A DNA stretch of 64,000 nt from Zygnema circumcarinatum SAG 698-1b (lineage: Eukaryota; Plantae; Zygnematophyceae), in NCBI GenBank assembly GCA_037447605.1, contig CM074804.1:2046001-2110000 (forward strand), given 5' to 3'. This document shows, one piece after another, positions 1-12,211 of the stretch. Made by a program: the position numbers and the translations under genes. The notes beneath the pieces were generated by a model. It was given only the letters and a program-made list of their open reading frames with translations, was not told the DNA's origin and made no database searches. Position 1 is the stretch's first letter; each line of letters starts with the position of its first letter.

Positions 1-424
1 TCCAAAGCTTTACCACTTTCCACTCAGTCTGTGGATAAGCCTTCACTGCGACGTGTTGTGGGAGCAGTACTCTCAGACTGAGTACATGGTCTTTCGACCG
101 CAGCAAGCGCAAGGCATCGAATGCACATTGCACTAAGGCATCACTGCCCATGGCATTCAAGATAATGACATGCCATCCATTCATCAAGACAGCATTCGGA
201 AATGCGGTTGGAGTCACAAGCATAGCAGGTGGCAATGAATAATCAGCAGGGAATGCATCGCACACAAACAACAGATTCCCGCTGAAAACTCCCCCAATCA
301 CTTTAAGAATGTCATCCGCTTCCTTGAATATTAACATTCTTACACTAGTGATGTATGTGCCCACGCGCCGCCCATCGCCAAGCCCACCACAGAGACCCTC
401 AAGTTGCCAGCGGGGAGTCAAGCC
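1..424 (-). mobile_element. Open reading frame running off the left edge of the window, with weak resemblance to retroelement-associated N6-adenine DNA methyltransferase-like domains
   Basis: Manual translation gives ~141 stop-free codons (ATG at 337): ...RMLIFKEADDILKVIGGVFSGNLLFVCDAFPADYSLPPAMLVTPTAFPNAVLMNGWHVIILNAMGSDALVQCAFDALRLLRSKDHVLSLRVLLPQHVAVKAYPQTEWKVVKLW. It lies directly downstream of the gag remnant on the same strand. The family assignment rests on pattern recognition only. Confidence 0.3.
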
Positions 425-442
425 TCACCGCCCTTCCCCTTC

Positions 443-848
443 CTATCCTTCGAAAGATGGGCAAATATAAGACCTATGCCCCACTTTCCCCGCAACGGAA
501 CACTTGTTTTCCCAAGGCCAAGAAGCCTCCATCTCCTCGTGGGAGTGTTTTATGGCCGTTGGTGTCACGGTGAGAGGAAGGAAATTTCCTCTTGCCATTC
601 CCCTTAGGTCGGCCGCCTGGCGCACCAGTTTTGCGCGGCTGTTCGACCGTGTCCGCCCGCGGGGGACGGGAAGGCCCTGCACCATCTGTAGACCCAGCGT
701 CAGTTTGAATCGCAGCTGCAAACATCTGCTCATCATCCATAGGTCCCCAAGGTTCCAAGGTACGAGGATTCAGCCGAAGCTGCTTCCGAACGTACGGCTT
801 CAAGCCGTGACTGAACCGGAAGAAGAATTCTTCGGATCCAGGTGGGAA
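443..848 (-). pseudogene. Retrotransposon gag-like remnant with a frameshifted CCHC zinc knuckle
   Basis: F-x2-GLKPYVRKQLRL is gag-like. Two overlapping frames give KQVFRCGESG and KCSVAGKVGHRSYICP; a compensating -1/+1 indel restores C-FR-C-GKVG-H-RSYI-C (CX2CX4HX4C). Bounded by the N gap at 849-858. Confidence 0.55.
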
Positions 849-1060
849 NNNNNNNNNNCACTTACTTGTGTCACCGCCGCGACCAATCAGCGCCGCTCGT
901 TCGTACTCCGCGCACTCGCGGCGCACTCACCAAAGTCAGAGCACCGACATTACTAGATCTAAGAGCACTACGCCTAGCAGATCTCATGTTCTACAAACTG
1001 AGTACCACAACAAGTTAGTGTGTGCCATACAATGTCTAACTATCATACACTAACACTAAC

Positions 1061-1677
1061 AAATTCTCAAGTACAAGTCAAAAGCTTTCGGAGCTTTCAG
1101 AGATTGGCAGACTCAGATGGAGCGAGAGAGCGGTCAGAAACTGAAGACGCTGCGCTCGGACAACGGAGGGGAATTCAAGTCGAAGGAGTTCGGCGGGTAC
1201 TTGAAGGCTCGCGGAATAAGGCATGAATTTTCTGCTCCTTACTCCCCTCAAAGTAATGGAGCTGCTGAGAGGGTCAATAGGACGCTGGGGGACATGGCAC
1301 GGACCATGCTGATAGATTCCCCCTTCCCGGCATCCTTTTGGGGAGAGGCGGTGATGACCGCAACTTACCTTAGAAATAGATGCCCATCTTCTGTGCTTAA
1401 GGATCAGGTTCCTGAAGAGGTGTGGAGTGGGAGGAAACCCACGGTGTCCCACCTGAAGACCTTTGGAGCGCGCTACTGGTCGACAGTGCCGAAAGCGAGG
1501 CAGAAGAGAAAGTTCGACCCCCGAGCCGTGGAAGGGTACCTTCTCGGCTACAACATGGACAGTCGCACCTACCGGGTGTGGAACCCTCGAGCAAACGAAG
1601 TGCAGAGCTCGAGAGACGTTACGGTGGACGAGAAGGGGGCGGTGACTCGGCTCAGTGGGACCCGACCCCAAAGGTAG
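1061..1677 (+). mobile_element. Ty1/copia retrotransposon integrase fragment (rve core plus SH3-like C-terminal part)
   Basis: ILKYKSKAFGAFRDW...LKTLRSDNGGEF...GIRHEFSAPYSPQSNGAAERVNRTL...FWGEAVMTATYLRNRCPS...KFDPRAVEGYLLGY...YRVWNP...SRDVTVDE are classic copia motifs. A degenerate linker (RSTRVVRRPDHY) follows up to the gap at 2248. Confidence 0.93.
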
Positions 1678-3159
1678 GTTGGAAATTCTGTACGGGGATG
1701 TGGAGACCAGCGAAGGGCATGGGCGCCTCTCAGGTCCAAGCTTAGAGGAGATCAGCGCACTGGAGCGAGGGAGCTGAGCCGGAAGCAACGCCCGAACATG
1801 AAGCGGCCGTGGGAACACGAGGCCCGAGAAGCCGCGAGCGGGGGAGCCGCGACCGTGGCCGGAGCGGCACCACTACACCTCACCTGTCCGGCAAGAGAAA
1901 CTAAGCGAAACTGTACTTTACATGGGCAGATCTAAGGATTTGGAGACGGCTGAGAAAGAGGCTATGTTGTCGAGCATGCCTCCCGGGTTTGTCCCGGGGA
2001 TTTTCTTCAACACGAGGAGCCGGAGAGCGCAAGGACCTCGGAGGAGCACCCGTGTGGTGAGGAGGCCTGATCACTACAGGCCTTCGCAGACTAACCTAGT
2101 ACAGGAGGAGTGCTTGCGGACTCAGCGACTCTGGCGAGGGCAGGCTGCCCACTGTTTGCCTGATCACCGAACCGAGACCTTGCGGGGAAGCGCAGACGGG
2201 TCGATGGAGGAGGTGGCGAGCAGCGATGTCACGAAGACGCTAGCATCNNNNNNNNNNNNNNNNNNNNNNNNNNNNNNNNNNNNNNNNNNNNNNNNNNNNN
2301 NNNNNNNNNNNNNNNNNNNNNNNNNNNNNNNNNNNNNNNNNNNNNNNCCTCCAGCGGCTTCTCTCCCTCACGAGCTCCTCTATGCCGCGTAAGCCCAGCA
2401 TTCCCCTTGACCTCCCTCTCTGCTGAGCCCCTCTTCCACGATGACGCGCCTCCCCCGGATCGGGTCGCCCAGCTTCAGCTCCTGGCCCTCCGCTTCCAAA
2501 CCCTAGATTCCATGGCCTCCCACCACCTCGAGAGCAGCGGCGCCCGCGGTGACAACTCACCCGACTTTGGGGCCCGGTATGTGCCCTCCCGCCCCATCGG
2601 AGTGGCGCCCGCGTCAGCTCATTTGAGAAACAGGGAATCTACCGCCAAAAGCAGGCTCAGCGGGCTTTTCAGGTAGTTTGGGCCCCTTCATTTGTGTCGA
2701 TTAAGGTGGAGTCGGGATGGGCCATCATTTCGGAAGGCCTTGACTCTAGTGGGAACGCCCGGCGCTGGCGTTCACACTGGATCGACATTCGTGCCGCCAC
2801 GTCAGCGGTTCCTCCCCCCCGCGATGGCTGAGCGTTTGCGACCGACAGCGCGGTCTCCTCGTACCCCCCCCTGCCATGCCGACTCCTCATTGGTCCATTT
2901 CTAATTCCCGCCACTTTTTGCCGCTTCGCCAACATTGCGCCTGTCGGCCGTACCTTTCGATTTCGAATTTGTCTTACTCCCTCCTCCACCTCCGGTCCTG
3001 CCGATACTCCCCATTGCCGAATGTACGAGGAAGCTTCTCCACACGGCCACCGACTCGCCTCCCGTCCACGTCATCCTTGGCTCCTCCCCTGCCCTTTGTC
3101 TCTTCTTCCTTGCGCCCGCAGGGGCGTGCGCTTGTTCCCCCCCCGGCATGTGCTACAGA

Positions 3160-4130
3160 TGTAGCGTAACGGAGCTGCGTTCGACGGATCCGCGCCCGTT
3201 CAGTTGTACTTGACATGTTCATATTCAGTGTCACGGACCGGCCTGATCCAGGAATTGCCGACGGAAAATGCGAGACGGCGGCGCCATTTGTTGGCGGCCG
3301 GGGCGGCTTACACCATCAGCTAGGCGCCGGAAGCTTCCGCCAAGATACGCCCGGTGTCATCCCGATTGGCCTATCGAAGGCTCCCTTGCCCGATCAGTCA
3401 GGCCCTCGGTAGGCAGTTATGTCGAGGGAATTTGTCACTACTAAGGCTCTTGATCTTTTGTCAGTGTTAGGTAGATGGGATGTAAGTGATGCTTGTTTGT
3501 CTTTTAGTGCTGGGCTTAGTATTTGTATTTGCTGTGTGGTTTGTTGTCTTGTTCTTCTCTTCTTCCTCTTTAGTTCCAGCAACAGATGCTAAGTGTGAGA
3601 GAGAGTTCCATGCCATAGATAGGGGGAGAGAGTAAGAGTCTTCTTCTTGATAGCATTTAGACACGTCCCATTCATTGACTAGGCCAAGATTTGGGTGAGG
3701 AAGATCAGCACTTTCATTATAATAGTACATCCCGCGACCAACCTTATTTGGGGTATTTCAAAATACAACCTTTATCTAAATTGAGTCTGGTACCCTTTCT
3801 TTGTCAACATGCCAAGCTACCATCTTATTCATCCTGCCTTGCATCCCTCAATGACCAATGATAACTAGAGCCTAATTTAGAGACTGGTAGAGGGGAGAGG
3901 CCCCAAAGGAAGGGCTCTTTCGCCATGAGTCATTGCCCGGTGAGGAACATCTTGCCAGGATCCCCTACGTCTTCCGCTGCGCGGCGTACCTCTTGAATCC
4001 TCAGGATCCACGGCACCATCTTCGCGGCGGGCCAGGACCAACACAACCCCTTCATCGGTTTGACACGGGCCAGCGAGTAGCCGTACGGCTGCAACTAGCT
4101 CGGCGGTCTCCTTTTTAACCCCAACATCTT
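3160..4130 (+). mobile_element. ~970-bp LTR-like repeat (5' copy)
   Basis: Starts TGTAGCG and aligns by eye along its whole length with the reverse complement of 51135-52106. Its 3' part recurs at 6561-6744. It is followed by TCTTGGTATGAAGG, which resembles a degenerate tRNA-Met primer-binding site (TGGTATCAGAGC). Confidence 0.7.
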
Positions 4131-6550
4131 GGTATGAAGGTTTTGCAGATCCACGTACCTTGATACGTGAGGCTGCCGATCCTGTGACCCGTGTCACAGC
4201 CGCCATGGATGAAGAGCTGCAGCAAGAGGGACAACAGATCTTCATGAGTTTTCAGATGGAGACTTGGGACCTCAAGAAGAACAGGCGATCCGAAATCCAA
4301 GGACGGATTCAGACTCAGAGGAAGAAGCAGTCAGAGAAAGACTGAAGATGGGTATCACCGAAGAGAACCCTTATCCCAGTCTGGCTTACCTTGAGCAGAT
4401 CGAGTCGATTGAAGCGTTGCAGCGACTCCATCTAGGCAGTGATGGCCATAAACTTCGCTGGCAATATGCACGCCGGATGATCAAGCTTCGCGGCACGCCC
4501 ATTCGGCATCCGCGACGCCCGGATCGCGTGAAGAGAATCGCGGATTCGAACCTGAGGTCCCCGGCCCACCGAGCGAGAACCCGCGGGATCTCAATCCGGA
4601 TAACCTCGCGCGGGGGTCCCTTCAAACGCGGCCGGCCCGACCTTGATCCTCTGGCCGAGCAAGGGATTCCTCGAGAACACCCTCACCTGCGTTCACAACT
4701 TACCCGTCCGGCAGCCCAGGCGAAGCGGCGAGGGGGCAAGAGGCGGGACGATTGCAAGGGACCCTCCGACTTTAGCACCAACTGCGAGGAAGCACACGTG
4801 TGGTCGAGTTCCCGGCAAGATGGAAGAGATGATGACAAAGCCGGAAGTAGCCATGATTCACGAAAAGAGAGTAGGTGAGGGGATACCCGCGGGCATAAAT
4901 CACTAGAGGTTTTGCAGCCGGCGGAAGATCACGAGCTTTGGGCGGAGACATCTTGAGGAGAAGGCGTACATAAGCGGAACTAAGGAAGACAGTGGATCAA
5001 AGGCGGCCGCCCGGAGCCCCGGAAGGAGAAGCGGTCAGCTGGAAATTTTGTCCCGAGAAAAGCTGGCACAAAGCGGATATAGGTGACGGCGACCCAAGGG
5101 ACACATTCAAGCAAGCTTTTCGGACAACGCTGGATTTCAAGATCGATCCTTTGTGTTAGACCGACCCGGCTACATAGAGTGCTTTCTGATGATGATGGTA
5201 CGTCCCGAATTCAGCGGCGTTTAGATGCTGGCAAAATCTGATCGAGAACTTGCACGACTTTCGGGGATTCTCGGTGGTTTCCGCCAAGGCCATCGGCGGG
5301 GAAGGATCTCCACGGATCAGTGAGCTGTAGCGACAACCCACCCGGCCGGATACCCGGGGCATTGTTAGAAAGGCTGAGCAAATTGAAGGATCAAGAGGGC
5401 AACCGACATGCGACCCGCGTTACATAAATCTCTTTCTGTGGATCGACAGATGCGACTCTGTCGGCCCAGTTCGAAGACCACGAGAATCAGCGGTTGTATA
5501 GTCCTACGCTACATCTTACAGGAACAAGCCGTCTTTCTCCGCCATCCCTGCTCAGGACGTCCGGGCAGCCCCTGTGGTGCAGCCTCTGGCTATAGCCAAC
5601 GCGACCAAGCCCCTTCCCCTTTCCCCATACCCTCATGATCCTGCGCATCCCATTGAGCCGTCGGTGAATCCTCACATACCCGATGTTTCTCGTCCAGGAT
5701 ATCGGGGTCCTTACTCCGATCGAACACCCGAAGAGAAGCTGGCTAGAGCGATTTCGCCGTCCGGATGGCGAGAGGCGGGGAGGTTCCGGGGCGTTTGCCT
5801 TGCTGCGGCTTGAATCATAATCGGTACGCGTTGGCGGACCATGGACGCACTACGCGGATCCGCGGGACATGATGCGGGTATTATTGCATCGCCGAGGAGA
5901 CTTTCAATTAGAGAAGGCCGAAGGGGAAAGCGTTTGCGGGGACCTCCCTGCGAGATCACCTTCATGGACATGCTCAGGCTATTCACACTACCGAACTCGG
6001 CTCCCTTTTCGCTTGCCTCCACCCCTTCTTAATGCGTCAAGTAGATACATCACGCACCCCATGGAGTCCTTCGCTTGACAAGCATTAGGTAGAGGCCGAT
6101 CAAAACAAGCGCACTACCACGGTGCAGCGGCATTCACGGCCAGCAGTGCGAATCATATAAGTGCGAAGGGTGCTCAAGCCCGAGGTTGTAGGATTACAGC
6201 GTTGCCGCCTAGCAGCCAGGCTCACATCCAACCGATCCTCATGCTCGTCCACGCCCTTCCTCCACTACTTGATGTCAGCGGCGCTGACTCCCTCTATGCG
6301 GCTCCACCGGTCGCCACCCCTGTCCGGAGAACTTCAGTCCTCCCTCCTTCCACGGGTCATCCCTTGGGATCCATGCCTGAGGAGGAAACTGACGATCTCA
6401 ATGAGGAGGAGCCGACAGCGGCGCAGCCAGAGCCGACAGCACCGGCGACAGAAGAAATGCATGTCAACCCTCCCCATCGCCCTCGGGCAGCCCGTTTCTA
6501 CCCCCAAGCAGCCGATCGTCGACCACCCCCGACAGACGGCCTATCCCTGA
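4131..6550 (+). mobile_element. Degenerate internal region of an LTR retroelement (fragmented ORFs)
   Basis: Lies between two copies of the LTR family and contains only short broken ORFs. No intact RT or integrase motif was recognised. Confidence 0.35.
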
Positions 6551-6560
6551 NNNNNNNNNN

Positions 6561-6744
6561 CAGGATCCCTACGTCTTCCGCTGCGCGTACCTCTGAATCT
6601 CCCGGATCCTGGCTCTATGCTGCAGGCAGACCCACAGGACCAACACAACCCTTCATCAGTTTCAGCACGGACGCGCGAGTGGCCGTACAGCACCTGCAAC
6701 TAGCTCAGCAGTCTCCTTTTAACCCCACTTATCTTTGTGCTACA
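6561..6744 (+). mobile_element. 3' end of an LTR copy, truncated by the N gap at 6551-6560
   Basis: AGGATCCCTACGTCTTCCGCTGCGCG...CTGCAACTAGCTC...TTTTAACCCCACTTATCTTTGTGCTACA matches ~3955-4130 and the reverse complement of ~51135-51330. It ends in GCTACA, the inverse of the LTR start TGTAGC. Confidence 0.75.
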
Positions 6745-6806
6745 ACCGACTCTTCCCGCACGAGCCGCCGTAAGAGGCGCTCGCTCCTCTCCTCTTCTTA
6801 CTGGCT

Positions 6807-6990
6807 TCGATACGATACGATGCGATACGATACGTACGAAGAAACAGCAACTCTAACATAATACCGCCCGCCTATTGTTATCACGGACACCCTTATATCT
6901 TCGCTACCCAATATTTTCGCCCAATATTTGCCGAAACCATGGCGAAAATATTGGGGGGTTCTACTGTACCGTACTGTACCAAAGTCGTAC
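6807..6990. repeat. Dispersed MITE-related module (CGATA repeats + CTCTAACATAATACC + ATATTTTCGCCCAATATTTGCCGAAACCATGGCGAAAATATT)
   Basis: The same module occurs at ~49135-49250/49832-49870 and 50453-50720. Confidence 0.65.
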
Positions 6991-7573
6991 GGTATAGTAC
7001 GGAGAACGGCCCCGGGCGCTCTCCAGACTGGAGGGCAAACAGTCCGTACAAGGGACTTTTAGAGTTTTAGATTTCAAAATTAGCACGTTCTAATATCTGA
7101 GAGTTTTAGAGTTTAGAACACAATTATAATGGCCGTGCGACCATCGATATTGAACTGAGCCCGTCAGAGAGCTTACCGTACGTTCTTACAGCCTTATTGC
7201 CGTACATATGTTCTAAAAGTGTTTTATAAAACGGTCTGACTTTTAGAAGTTTTGATTGTGAGTTCTAATACACGACACCGTCGTCCTGCGTTCTCTTCCC
7301 TATTCCAGGTCCAGAAGGCGCGGCGGGCCGACGGGCAGTCGGTCGAATGCCAGCTGTGCCCTAACGCGGCCCGCGCGAAAGGCCGGGCAGGGCCAGGCAA
7401 AGTTTTCTGAGTTCTGGCAGAGGCAGAGGCAGAGGCCGAGGGCGGAACCCATTTCAAGTCTTATCTTGTGCCCGCACGCTACTCTCTGAGCTCGACAAGG
7501 GAGACAGACAGCCGACGCGTTGGAACGGGCATCGTCTCCGTCCCTTCTTCTTGCACTAGCTCCTCGCGAAAAA

Positions 7574-10500
7574 ATGACAGGGATTGAAGATTGCTGCGCT
7601 GTCTGCGCGGAGCCTCTGGAATGGGTGGCGTATGGTCTCTGCAATCACCGAGAAGTTTGCTCGACATGCATAGTGCGCCTGCGGTTTGTTTTGAAGGACA
7701 ACAAATGCTGCATCTGCAAGCAGGAATGTCCGGCTGTTTTTGTTACCAAGGTAACTTTTGCTTCCCGACGCAAATATGGACCACTTCTTACTTTTTTCAA
7801 ATGATTCAGCTGTTGTTAGATAGGATTCGTTGCTCTAGGTTCTGAACAATATATCAGTGTCATGTTTATTTCTATTTGGATATGGTCTCGTCTCCTCTCT
7901 GCGCGTGTACAAATTCGAGGCAGGCTCTGCATATAGCGGTCGTGTAATCATGTTACTGCCGTCTGCGGTATTTGCGAGAGCTATTCGACTGTTAAGTTCG
8001 TATGGAATGCCTCGGAGATTGGAGGTTTTCAGTGGTCATCATTGGGCTGTCGGCGCCCGTGCATCAGCGTCTGTATCATGATGTGGAAGAGAAATGGCAC
8101 AATTTCTTCGCATGAGTCAACTGGATGCATTACCTGCATAGCTTACAGACATACAATCTTTTTTTTTCCAAGCTAACTTACCTTTGTCACTGCAAATGGT
8201 TTTTAGAAACAAAAAAATAATTGTTTTTTTTTTAATTGTGGATTATCTTGTGTTCCAATTATCCAGGCTTTGGGTGATTATACGAAGCAAGCTGGTGACT
8301 TTTCCAAGCTGTCAACGCGACTGGTGCGAAAGGGAGAAGGTGACCTTTGGTATGATCCAGCAGTGGAAGCATATTTCGATGATAAGGACCACTTTAAGAC
8401 CATTCAAGCGATGAATCGCCTTTCATGCGTCATGTGTGATAAAATGGATCAGCAACAGCCACTGAGTTTGTCCAGAGGATTTGTGCCACGAGGCTTTACC
8501 TTTGGCAGTCTTGGTGCTCTGAAAAAGCACTATGATCTGGCGCACAAGCTCTCCATGTGTAGCTTGTGCCTCGAAGGCCGTAAGGTCAGTGCATCATCGG
8601 CCTTTAGCAAAATTTTGACGCATGCGACGGGGGACGGGGGACGGGGGAGGGGGAAGGGAATGGGTTGCACATGTGTGAAGTTAGCCCGTATCCTTTTCAA
8701 AAAATCCGCTTACAAGCAGTTTTTGGGGGCTATTTTAAGCTTTTTAATCCTTTTACAATATGAATAAGGACCTGCACTATTAGATTGCCTGCGTTGCTGA
8801 ACCTCATCAATCATGACTTATGTCCGAAAGTCAGTTTCACACCGGTAGTTGCGTTCCTGATTCTCAACCACATTGAACGCAACCACAAAATTCGTACTTA
8901 GAAAATTCGTACGTCGTACGCCATCTCCTTAGGAATTGCTCACTCCGGCTCATCAGCAGATGACTTTGCTGAAATATCCAAGCTAAGGGTCAATACAATT
9001 ATGATAATTATAGTCTTGTTTTAGTTCCTACTATATTTCCAGTTGGCCTTGAGGATATTGATACTGTGGACAGGTCATGCACCGATTCTGTAGAGACATG
9101 ACGGTTCATGAAGTCCCACTGTTTTCTATGTGTTCTGCAAACTGCTGCCTATGAAGCGGAGTATGAAGCAAGAATATCAAGTTTATCTTTGTTCACATGT
9201 GTAGTTAAAAATTAGAAAATGACAATGTGATTGTGACAATGTAATTTACTGCCAACAGGTCTTTGTGTCTGAGCAAAAATTATACCCCCCAGCACAACTG
9301 GAGAGGCATTCTGCCTCTGGAGATTCAGTGGTGGACGGGACAGATGAAGAAAGAGGTGGTTTCAAGGGCCATCCCTTATGCCAGTTTTGTCAGAAAAGAT
9401 TTTACGGAGATAATGAACTCTACCAGCACATGACACAGGAGCATTACACATGCTTTCTTTGCCAGAGGTAGGTCTCTCTCTCGCTCTCTCTCCCCCCATA
9501 TGTACCTGCCTTCCATCCGTAAATATCTGGCATGTTTAGTCCTTTCGATTCCGCTACGAATAGGATTTTTTGTCTTGGTCGCGGAGCCACCATCTTATCT
9601 ACGTTGCGTTGTTCTACTTCAATTCATTCCCGACAAACTGAGTAGATCACTTACATTCTTTTATCGTTCATGTTTCATGTCTTTGTGTCGTTCGTTAACT
9701 TTGAAGTTCGAGTGTGCGCTGCAGAGCTAGACCTGGGAGCTATGATTTCTTCCACAACTATAATGACTTAGAGGTATGACTGCAGCTTCACCTTTGATGT
9801 TTTCGCAGAACTTTCGATGGAGGCTTCAAGTTGGTGTCTGATTTTTTTTCTTGACAATCGCATCTTGTAAAGGTTAATGGCCTTGGAATGATCGGAGGTT
9901 GCTTAACCATGCCATTCTCCTACAAAATTTCGACCTGCCATTTTCGTGCAAGCACTTTTGCTGTCATAAGTGCATCGGGATAGGTTGGAAGCTTGTGATT
10001 TTGCAACCAGTCGCTTTGCTAAACGGATTGATTGGAAGTTATTCGTTCGTGGGTGATTTTTATTGGCATGTTGCAGACGCACTTTCGAGGAGAACATTTT
10101 CTTTGCGAAGATCAAGGATGCCTGGAGAGAAAATTTGTCGTATTTTCCTCGGAACAAGATTTGAAGGTCAGTGTACAGGAGTTTTTCTGGTAAGTATTGA
10201 TGTTTTGTAAAGCGTATGAAGTATGTGGCTTACTATTCTGTCACTTTGAGGGTTTCTTGTGACGAAATCGAGGCAGACCTCTGAGCGAGAGCAGAGACTG
10301 AATGGACTTTCGCCACCATGTTTTTGTGCGGTTGCCAGCGGCATAATGCGCAACATCATGGAGGAAACATGTCCCGAGCAGAACGAAACCGCGCATTACA
10401 AGTGAGTTTGTCAGTCATCACTCTTCTGATTCGCAAGGCAGTATTACTGTCCTGTCTGAAGTGCGCTAGTCTTATTGTTTTTCATTATGATCTCCTGGGT

Positions 10501-12211
10501 CTCCTTCGTCATGTGAGCTGCATTATAATTGTCAAAGAGTACTGGCTCATTTCCTTGTTGTCCTTGCTTGGTTTCCTTGCTGCAGATTCCTGCAACCCAA
10601 CTCTTTGACTTCTCTCGACGTCCCACTCAGGAGGGCAACAGCGCTGACAACAGCTCGCATCGACGAATTCCGAGAGGCCGACAACCAGGGGAACCAGGAG
10701 TTTTGGTTGTTCCTCAGTCAGAAAGGATGAATGCAACAATGAGAGCAAGTATTGAGAGTGCAGCTTTGGAAAACGCCATGCGGGAATCCGTTGCTTTGGC
10801 AGAGAGCACAGAGGCGCAGAGAGTTCGAGCAAATCGTTTGGAGGCAGAGAGATGGCGGCGGCAGAACGGTACTGCCAATTCTGACAGGCCATCGGCTGTC
10901 CCGCTCACCGAAGCTTTTCCCACTCTGCCGGGGCAGGATGGCCAGCAGTTGTCTGCAGCTCCCTCTGGCCAATATTTGAATAATAGACAGCCAGGGTCAA
11001 CATCACTCATAGAGGAATATTTTCCACCACTACCTGTGACCTCAAGGAATGCGAAAAAGCGAGCAAATCCGAAGGGGGTTACAAGCAGAACAAGCATGGC
11101 AAGTCTTTTGGGAGGTGGGCAATCTCTTGCTGCAGTGGGAAACACTAGTCTGAGATTGCAACCTGGACCCTCTTCCGGAATAAGTTTAGGAGGAGGTAGC
11201 GGCGCTGCTAAACCTTGGTCGGGAGTTGCAGGGCCGTCTTCAAGGCCAGTCCAGAATCTGCCTCATGTCAGTTCATCTCCTCTTCTTGGATCACCGGCAG
11301 GTGGTGGTGGGCCGCTGCCTGGCCGGGATGTAACTGGAAACAGCAGTTCAAGCGCTGGAGTCACAAATGGAATAGCTGCTGGACTTAGCATGGAGGAGCT
11401 AAAATCAGCAAACAAGGCGCTGATAGAGAAGATCAGGGAAGGGCTAGGGGGGAATGAGCAGCAGTTTGCAGATTTTAAGGATGCGTCTGGACGGTTTCGA
11501 CGGGGCGACCTTTCTTCGACATCATATTACTTGGAAATAGCGCGCTTAGGTTTGTCGTACGTGGTTCCTGAATTGGCACGTCTTTGTCCAGACCCTCAGA
11601 AGAGGGAGGAACTTCTTGCGGCTCATGCACAAGGAATTCTTACAAATGAACCTCCAAAATCTGCTGCGGCTGCCCATCCGGGGGGAAGCAGCGCTCTCGG
11701 CGGCTCTGTGGGCCCCTCGCGGACAGTGGCAGCCCAGCCTCCGCGCGATAGGAGTGCAGTAAGGAAGGGGAAGGTAGCCATGGATTCAGTTGCGTCAAGT
11801 AGTGCGAGAGCAAGGGGAAGTGTCCTCGACGTCAATGAGCTGTCTAATATGTCAAGTGATGGCTTTAGGAGGATAAGAATTGGCAAGGGAGCGGTGCTGG
11901 GCAACGAAAGCCGTCTACTTACCCCACTAGGGGCGAGCAGCTCCTCTTCCATCCACGAGTCAGCCTCAGCACCGGATCTTTTGGCGCAGCAATTTCAAGG
12001 GTTGTCCGTAGCACCCGTGTCCGGGCAACGGATAACCAATGCAGGAGGCCCCATGAATGACGACGTCTGGACTTGTCCAGTTTGCACCTTGAATAATACT
12101 GGCAACGATTGGTGTGCTGCATGTGAGTCCGGGAGACCTGGGACAGGTTTGCTGCGAGCTTCAGAGGATAGCGGATCACTTCGGTCAAGAGAAAGAAGAA
12201 GAAAAAGGTAG
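7574..12211 (+). CDS. ZNF598: ZNF598/Hel2-like RING E3 ubiquitin ligase (ribosome quality control); 7 exons, ~843 aa as read
   Basis: Exons 7574-7750, 8267-8584, 9259-9467, 9725-9773, 10077-10166, 10339-10401, 10586-12211, all GT-AG with consistent phases. Contains an N-terminal RING (CCAVCAEPLEWVAYGLCNHREVCSTCIVRLR...CCICK), C2H2 fingers (GHPLCQFCQKRFYGDNELYQHM; HFLCEDQGCLERKFVVF), a helical domain (ANKALIEKIR...VVPELARLCPDPQKREELL) and a RanBP2-type finger (WTCPVCTLNN...CAAC). Confidence 0.92.

Noticed and set aside
2348-3148. GC-rich stretch with Trp-containing partial frames (possible LINE C-terminus)
   Set aside because: Frames are interrupted and no diagnostic motif could be matched; left unannotated.
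4264-4878. 204-aa ORF inside the LTR element
   Set aside because: No recognisable domain; treated as a fragment of the decayed internal region rather than a gene.
849-6560. Apparent junctions across N runs (849-858, 2248-2347, 6551-6560)
   Set aside because: Assembly gaps; adjacency of gag, copia integrase and LTR pieces across them cannot be taken as a single element.
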